Source: Octopus sinensis (lineage: Eukaryota). From it: a stretch of 14,677 nt of DNA. The stretch lies in the NCBI RefSeq assembly GCF_006345805.1, contig NW_021825756.1, forward strand, positions 1-14,677, in the 5' to 3' direction. Shown piece by piece: positions 8,882-14,677 of the stretch. The notes beneath the pieces are model-generated. The model saw nothing but the letters and a program-made list of their open reading frames with translations, made no database searches and was not told the origin of the DNA. Position numbers and translations under genes: made by a program. Within the stretch, counting starts at the first letter, position 1. The number at the start of each line of letters is the position of its first letter.

Positions 8882-8916
8882 ATATCATGAATAACGATAG
8901 TGAAACCGGTCGATAT
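8882..8916 (+). ncRNA. Minimal type I hammerhead-like motif HHR-3 with variant core (A3-U8)
   Basis: Helix I ATATC(8882-8886)/GATAT(8912-8916); ATGAATA 8887-8893 in place of CTGANGA; helix II AC-gata-GT 8894-8901; GAAA 8902-8905; palindrome ACCGGT 8905-8910; GUC 8909-8911. Sits in the PLE 3' region, where minimal HHRs are expected. Confidence 0.6.
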
Positions 8917-9015
8917 ATCAAAAATTATATTAAAACTATGTAAGTGTGCGTATTTTTAATTTTTTATATACATTACAATCACGTGGAGATAATCGAAATT
9001 CCTCTTTTCTGTTAC

Positions 9016-9019
<4 letters not shown>

Positions 9020-9068
<49 letters not shown>

Positions 9069-9232
9069 CTGTATATATATATATATATACATACTGTATA
9101 CACACATATATATATATACACACATGCATATATATATATATATATATTGTATTCAATATATATTGTATTCAATATATATATATACTATATGTATGAATAT
9201 ACATTTTGTCTATATATATTATATATATATAC
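9020..9232. repeat. Degenerate (TA)n microsatellite
   Basis: Direct inspection. Confidence 0.9.
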
Positions 9233-9611
9233 AATCCTTAAATCTTTAAAAATGTTTCAGCCCGAAAGCTGCGGCCGTCGAATGAGCTACACTCATATGT
9301 AAAACCACCACTGATACATGGCACTGCCCGCATCTGTGTCTCCTGCCGAGAGGTAAGTTCATCTGGAACCCTGACAAGAAGAGATCCAGTTTAGTTTTAA
9401 AGAAACCTACAACCACACCATGCAGGTCCCTTAGGCATTTAGGAAGGATATTGAAGTGCTGTGGTCCCCTGAAACCCAAGCTGTTGCAGTATCTGGTCCT
9501 GTATTTTGATGGTGATGTTGGGATCTTTGGCACCATGCAATGGCGCCCAGTTCTGCTGTTGGTGGTAACTTTCAATGCCAAAATTCAGGACAAGACCCCT
9601 CAGGATTTTCC

Positions 9612-9620
<9 letters not shown>
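9233..9620 (-). mobile_element. CR1-group LINE copy 2 (3' ~385 bp)
   Basis: YIWKIL...[12 protein letters not shown]...[26 protein letters not shown]...FKTKLDLFLSG, homologous to 2355-2650. Stem-loop 9258-9271 and TTTAAAGA/TTTAAGGA tail. Confidence 0.88.
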
Positions 9621-9673
<53 letters not shown>

Positions 9674-9727
9674 ATAATATTTATGATATACAGATATATA
9701 TACATATGTATATATCTATGTACATTA

Positions 9728-9780
<53 letters not shown>

Positions 9781-9987
9781 TATATAATATATATATAAAA
9801 TATATATATATATATATAATATATATATATAATATATAAAAATATATATATATATATAATATATATATATATATAAAAATATATATATATAATATATATA
9901 TATATAAAATATATATATATATATATATAATAAAATATATATATAATATATAATATATATATATTAAAATATATATATTATATATAA

Positions 9988-10023
<36 letters not shown>

Positions 10024-10051
10024 AAATATATAATATATAAAATATATATAT

Positions 10052-10102
<51 letters not shown>

Positions 10103-10142
10103 TATATATAAAATATATATATATATATATATATAAAATATA
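9621..10142. repeat. Long degenerate (TA)n tract
   Basis: About 520 bp, TAA/TAAAA interruptions. Confidence 0.95.
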
Positions 10143-11373
10143 TACTCTTTACTCTTTTACTTGTTTCAGGCATCCGGCTGAGGCCATGCTGGGGCACCGC
10201 CCTTGTTGCTACCTTCCTAGTTGCTAAGCCCTTGCTAAGCCCTTGTTGCTAAGTCCAGTTTGCCGTGGCTGGCCACTGATCTAAGAGAGAGTTTGTAGCT
10301 GCTGCCCTTAGGTTACCTTCGTACCTTGCAGTGGGTTCATCTGGGATCCCGGAAAGCAGCTTGTCTAGATGTTTTTTGAAAATGTCCACATCCGCATCAT
10401 GTAGATCTCTTAGTTTTCTTGGCAGTTTGTTGAACAGCTGAGGGCCCCTGAACCCCAGGCTATTACAGTATCTGCTCCTTACCCTGGATGTGGAAGACGG
10501 GACCTTTGGCACCACACAGTGACGTCCTGTACGGGGATTGGAACAGCTCTCAATTCCAAAATTTGGTGCTAGTCCCTCCAGGATTTTCCATATGTATATC
10601 ACTGCATATCTCTCTCGTCTTCGTTCCAAGAGTACAAATTGAGTTCCCTAAGCCTCTCCCAATAGTTCTTTCTTTCATGGTGGAAATCCTCTGGTGAAAT
10701 GTCTTTGGATTGTCTCAAGCTCTGTGGTTAGTTTGACACTATGCGGTGACCACAGTTGGGAGCAGTAGTCCAGGCAGCTTAGGACAAATGTCCTCCATAG
10801 TGTCAACATGGTCTCGCAGTCTTGTCCGGAATGTCCTCAGGATCCAGCCAGTGAGTCGTCTGCACATTGTCACCACCTTCGCGATGTGTGAAGAAAAAAT
10901 GCATCGTCACTCATGTCTATCCCCAGGTCCCGTATTGATTTCGATACTGGGATTTCGATCCCTTCTGGACCAGTATAGTTGTGTTGTAATGTATATGTGT
11001 TTACAGCTTGATTGTAAGGCTTGAAATTTACCAGCATTAAATTGCATGTTGTTGTCTTCAGCCCATTTGTATATGGCATCCAGATCTTGTTGTAAAAGGT
11101 CAGCATCAGCTGGGTTTTTGATTGCCTGTGCTACCTTTGTGTCATCAGCATAGCTAGTGAGGGATGTTGTTTGTGCTACCAAGGGCATGTCAGAGAGCGC
11201 CACCAAAAACAGCAAGGGTCCCAAGACTGTGCCCTGTGGCACCCCGCTTGCTATTGGTGTTTCCCGAGAGGGCTCCATTGGCTGCAACCATCTGGCTTCT
11301 GTCCTTCAGGAAGTCATGTATCCACTCACCTACTTTTCCTGTTATGCCGAGTCTGAGTAATTTGTGACATATC

Positions 11374-11375
<2 letters not shown>
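10143..11375 (-). mobile_element. CR1-group LINE copy 3 (3' ~1.2 kb, partial RT and C-terminus)
   Basis: VICHKLLRLGITGKVGEWIHDFL...SGVPQGTVLGPLLF...YADDTK (YADD 11141-11152)...DLGIDMSDD...ERRRERYAVIYIWKIL...GIPDEP...RAAATNSLLDQ. Short TTGCTAAGCCC repeats in the 3' UTR; tail AAACAAGTAAAAGAGTAAAGAGTA. Confidence 0.9.
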
Positions 11376-12834
<1,459 letters not shown>

Positions 12835-13519
12835 ATGCAAAAACCTTTCCAGGCGAAGAATGTACTCCTCAACATAGATTAGTAGTTAGCGACTTCAGGA
12901 TCAGAGCTAAATGGTTGCCCAGAAGAAGACCTGCTTGGAGGAGAAGGGTCTGGAGCTTAAAGATCCTGCAAATGGACAGAGATTTAGAGACATACTACTC
13001 GAAATAGAAGGGGATATAGCTTCACTTAATGTGGAAAGCAACTGGAGGATTTTCTACGGGACAATCTGCTGACAGCCACTGACCAGATCTGTGGATGGAG
13101 CAAAGTACCGTCTCGACCCAGAGTAACATGGTGGTGGAACACTGTGGTTGACAGGGCTATTAGACAAAAGAGACAGGCTTGGAAGGACTGGAGAACGGGT
13201 GGTAGCAGGGAATTGTATCAGACAGCAGAAGGGAAGCTAGGAGACAGGTTTATTTAGCCAGAGGGGGAGCGGATAAGAAAAAATTTGCCAATGTTTGGAG
13301 CCGTGAGGATGAAAGACTTGAGGTATTTCGTGTTGCAAGACAGTGTGTGAGAGAGAAATCGTGATGTGGTAGGAGAGAAGTGTATTCGCATGGATGATGG
13401 TTCACTTGCGCTAAATGAGGATAGGATGCAAAGAGAGAGTTTGGAGATGCCACTATGAAAGGTTGCTGAATAAAGAAAATGAATGGGATAAAGAGAGTCT
13501 GCCGAATGTTGACCCAACA
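12835..13519 (+). mobile_element. RTE-clade LINE ORF fragment (endonuclease end and linker), disrupted
   Basis: AKTFPGEECTPQHRLVVSDFRIRAKW...TATDQICGWSKVPSRPRVTWWWNTVVDRAIRQKRQAWKDW...DVVGEKCIRMDDGSLALNED, with frameshifts. Homologous to 1-221 (-). Confidence 0.82.
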
Positions 13520-13520
13520 T

Positions 13521-13628
13521 TTTCAAACCTACTCGTGGCATCTTGGGCAAGTGTCTTCTACTATAGCCCCGGGCCGACCAATGCCTTGTGAGTGGATTTG
13601 GTAGACGGAAACTGAAAGAAGCCTGTCG

Positions 13629-13676
<48 letters not shown>

Positions 13677-13884
13677 TGTGTCTGTGTTTGTCCCCCTAGC
13701 ATTGCTTGACAACCGATGCTGGTGTGTTTACGTCCCCGTCACTTAGCGGTTCGGCAAAAGAGACCGATAGGATAAGTACTGGGCTTACAAAGAATAAGTC
13801 CTGGGGTCGATTTGCTCGACTAAAGGCGGTGCTCCAGCATGGCCGCAGTCAAATGACTGAAGCAAGTAAAAAAGTAAAAGAGTA
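13521..13884 (+). mobile_element. Second copy of the CORE-like SINE, 5'-truncated at the B box
   Basis: TCTTGGGCAAGTGTCTTCTACTATAGCC..., central (TA)n(TG)n, tail GGCGGTGCTCCAGCATGGCCGCAGTCAAATGACTGAAGCAAGTAAAAAAGTAAAAGAGTA; matches the reverse complement of 5961-6300. Confidence 0.88.
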
Positions 13885-13897
13885 TATATATATATAT

Positions 13898-14677
13898 GGC
13901 ATTTCTTCGATATAGCTCGACAAGGTCGAGGCATTTCACTTCAGCTATTTCTGTGGGTTGTGGAGAATAGATATAACGAAATTATGCCAGCAATGTCTCA
14001 TTTTAAACTTGAACCTCCAATTCATATTCTTCTTTTTCCTCAGTTGCACGTCTATATTCTCACTTGCTCCCCATTTGTTACGTGAGTTCATTTCTGTCTG
14101 TGTTTTTTGTTGACTTGAACTGTTGTCTTGGGACAAACAGTAATTTTCGCCCTAAGGGGCAGAAAATTTCTGAATTTTATGAAATTGTCTCTCGTCATTT
14201 GTGACAAGGTTTTCTTGTGCTACATCAGGGAGTACGACCTCGCATCAAAAATTGATTTTCCCGAGAGATGGAAGGAATAACAACGGAATAACAACGGAAA
14301 AAAAGGAAACCAGGAAAAAACAAAGTTTTCAGCTGCCATAGGTGGAAATGTCATTGAACTGGAAGTAGCAATGGACAAGCTCTTCCAGTTAAGAAAATTA
14401 ATCGTAAAAACTGGTGAAGAAACCAAGTTAGTACCGCCCCGGGAAACTGTTCAAGCAATTCGGGAAAAACAGTCGTTTACAAGGTGCTTAATATTAAGGA
14501 AAAATGAATCGCCAATGTGAAGAATGAAGTGGTTGAGCGGCGCATGGCTCCGATATGGAACAAGGTGTGCTACGTTGGCAGAGGTGTAAGAAGTGCTACA
14601 ATAGAAGCACATTTCGAGTCGGCTAACGTAGCAAAGGAAATTTCGACCCAAACGTTGAAGAACAAAGAAATTATGTT
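13898..14677 (+). other. Unique-complexity segment with a frameshifted coding-like region from ATG 14268; possibly 5' UTR and ORF1 of a non-LTR retrotransposon (L1/Tx1-like)
   Basis: Stop-free frame 14281-14517 (NQEKTKFSAAIGGNVIELEVAMDKLFQLRKL...FTRCLILR), then after a frameshift IANVKNEVVERRMAPIWNKVCYVGRGVRSATIEAHFESANVAKEISTQTLKNKEIM to the edge. The family assignment is only a resemblance. Confidence 0.4.

Larger units (their letters stand above)
7873..9019 (+). mobile_element. 5'-truncated Penelope-like element: post-RT linker, GIY-YIG endonuclease and 3' non-coding region
   Basis: Across frameshifts reads LKTTLIERQYPPSLIDEGIKR...RDPKMNNIL...CGCPNLLEG...FTCPSEYLIYVITCSGCRHHYTGQTSMTLRKRTTLH...PLSEH...FTVFPFYQ...KETFFIEKYKTCLN. 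ORF end at 8599. HHR-like fold at 8882-8916. Confidence 0.85.

Overview
Eukaryotic, apparently gene-free window: about 15 transposable-element fragments separated by degenerate (TA)n tracts. The repeat repertoire resembles an octopod cephalopod genome (inference, not verified). It holds three CR1-group LINE copies plus two tail-only stubs, five RTE LINE pieces (two ORF fragments, three 3' ends with (GAT)n tails), two tRNA-derived CORE-like SINE copies, a 367-bp non-autonomous Helitron, a Penelope-like (PLE) GIY-YIG fragment and a possible ORF1/5' end at the right edge. The main signal is three distinct type I hammerhead ribozyme (HHR) folds on the + strand. HHR-1 (3530-3624) lies in a non-coding 532-nt unit present 1.3 times, like a retrozyme copied from a circular or concatemeric RNA. 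HHR-2 (7475-7560) has a long helix II. HHR-3 (8882-8916), in the PLE 3' region, has the C3-G8 core pair apparently replaced by a compensatory A3-U8 pair. All folds were derived by hand and none is tested. The I/Y-rich ORFs are microsatellite translation artefacts.
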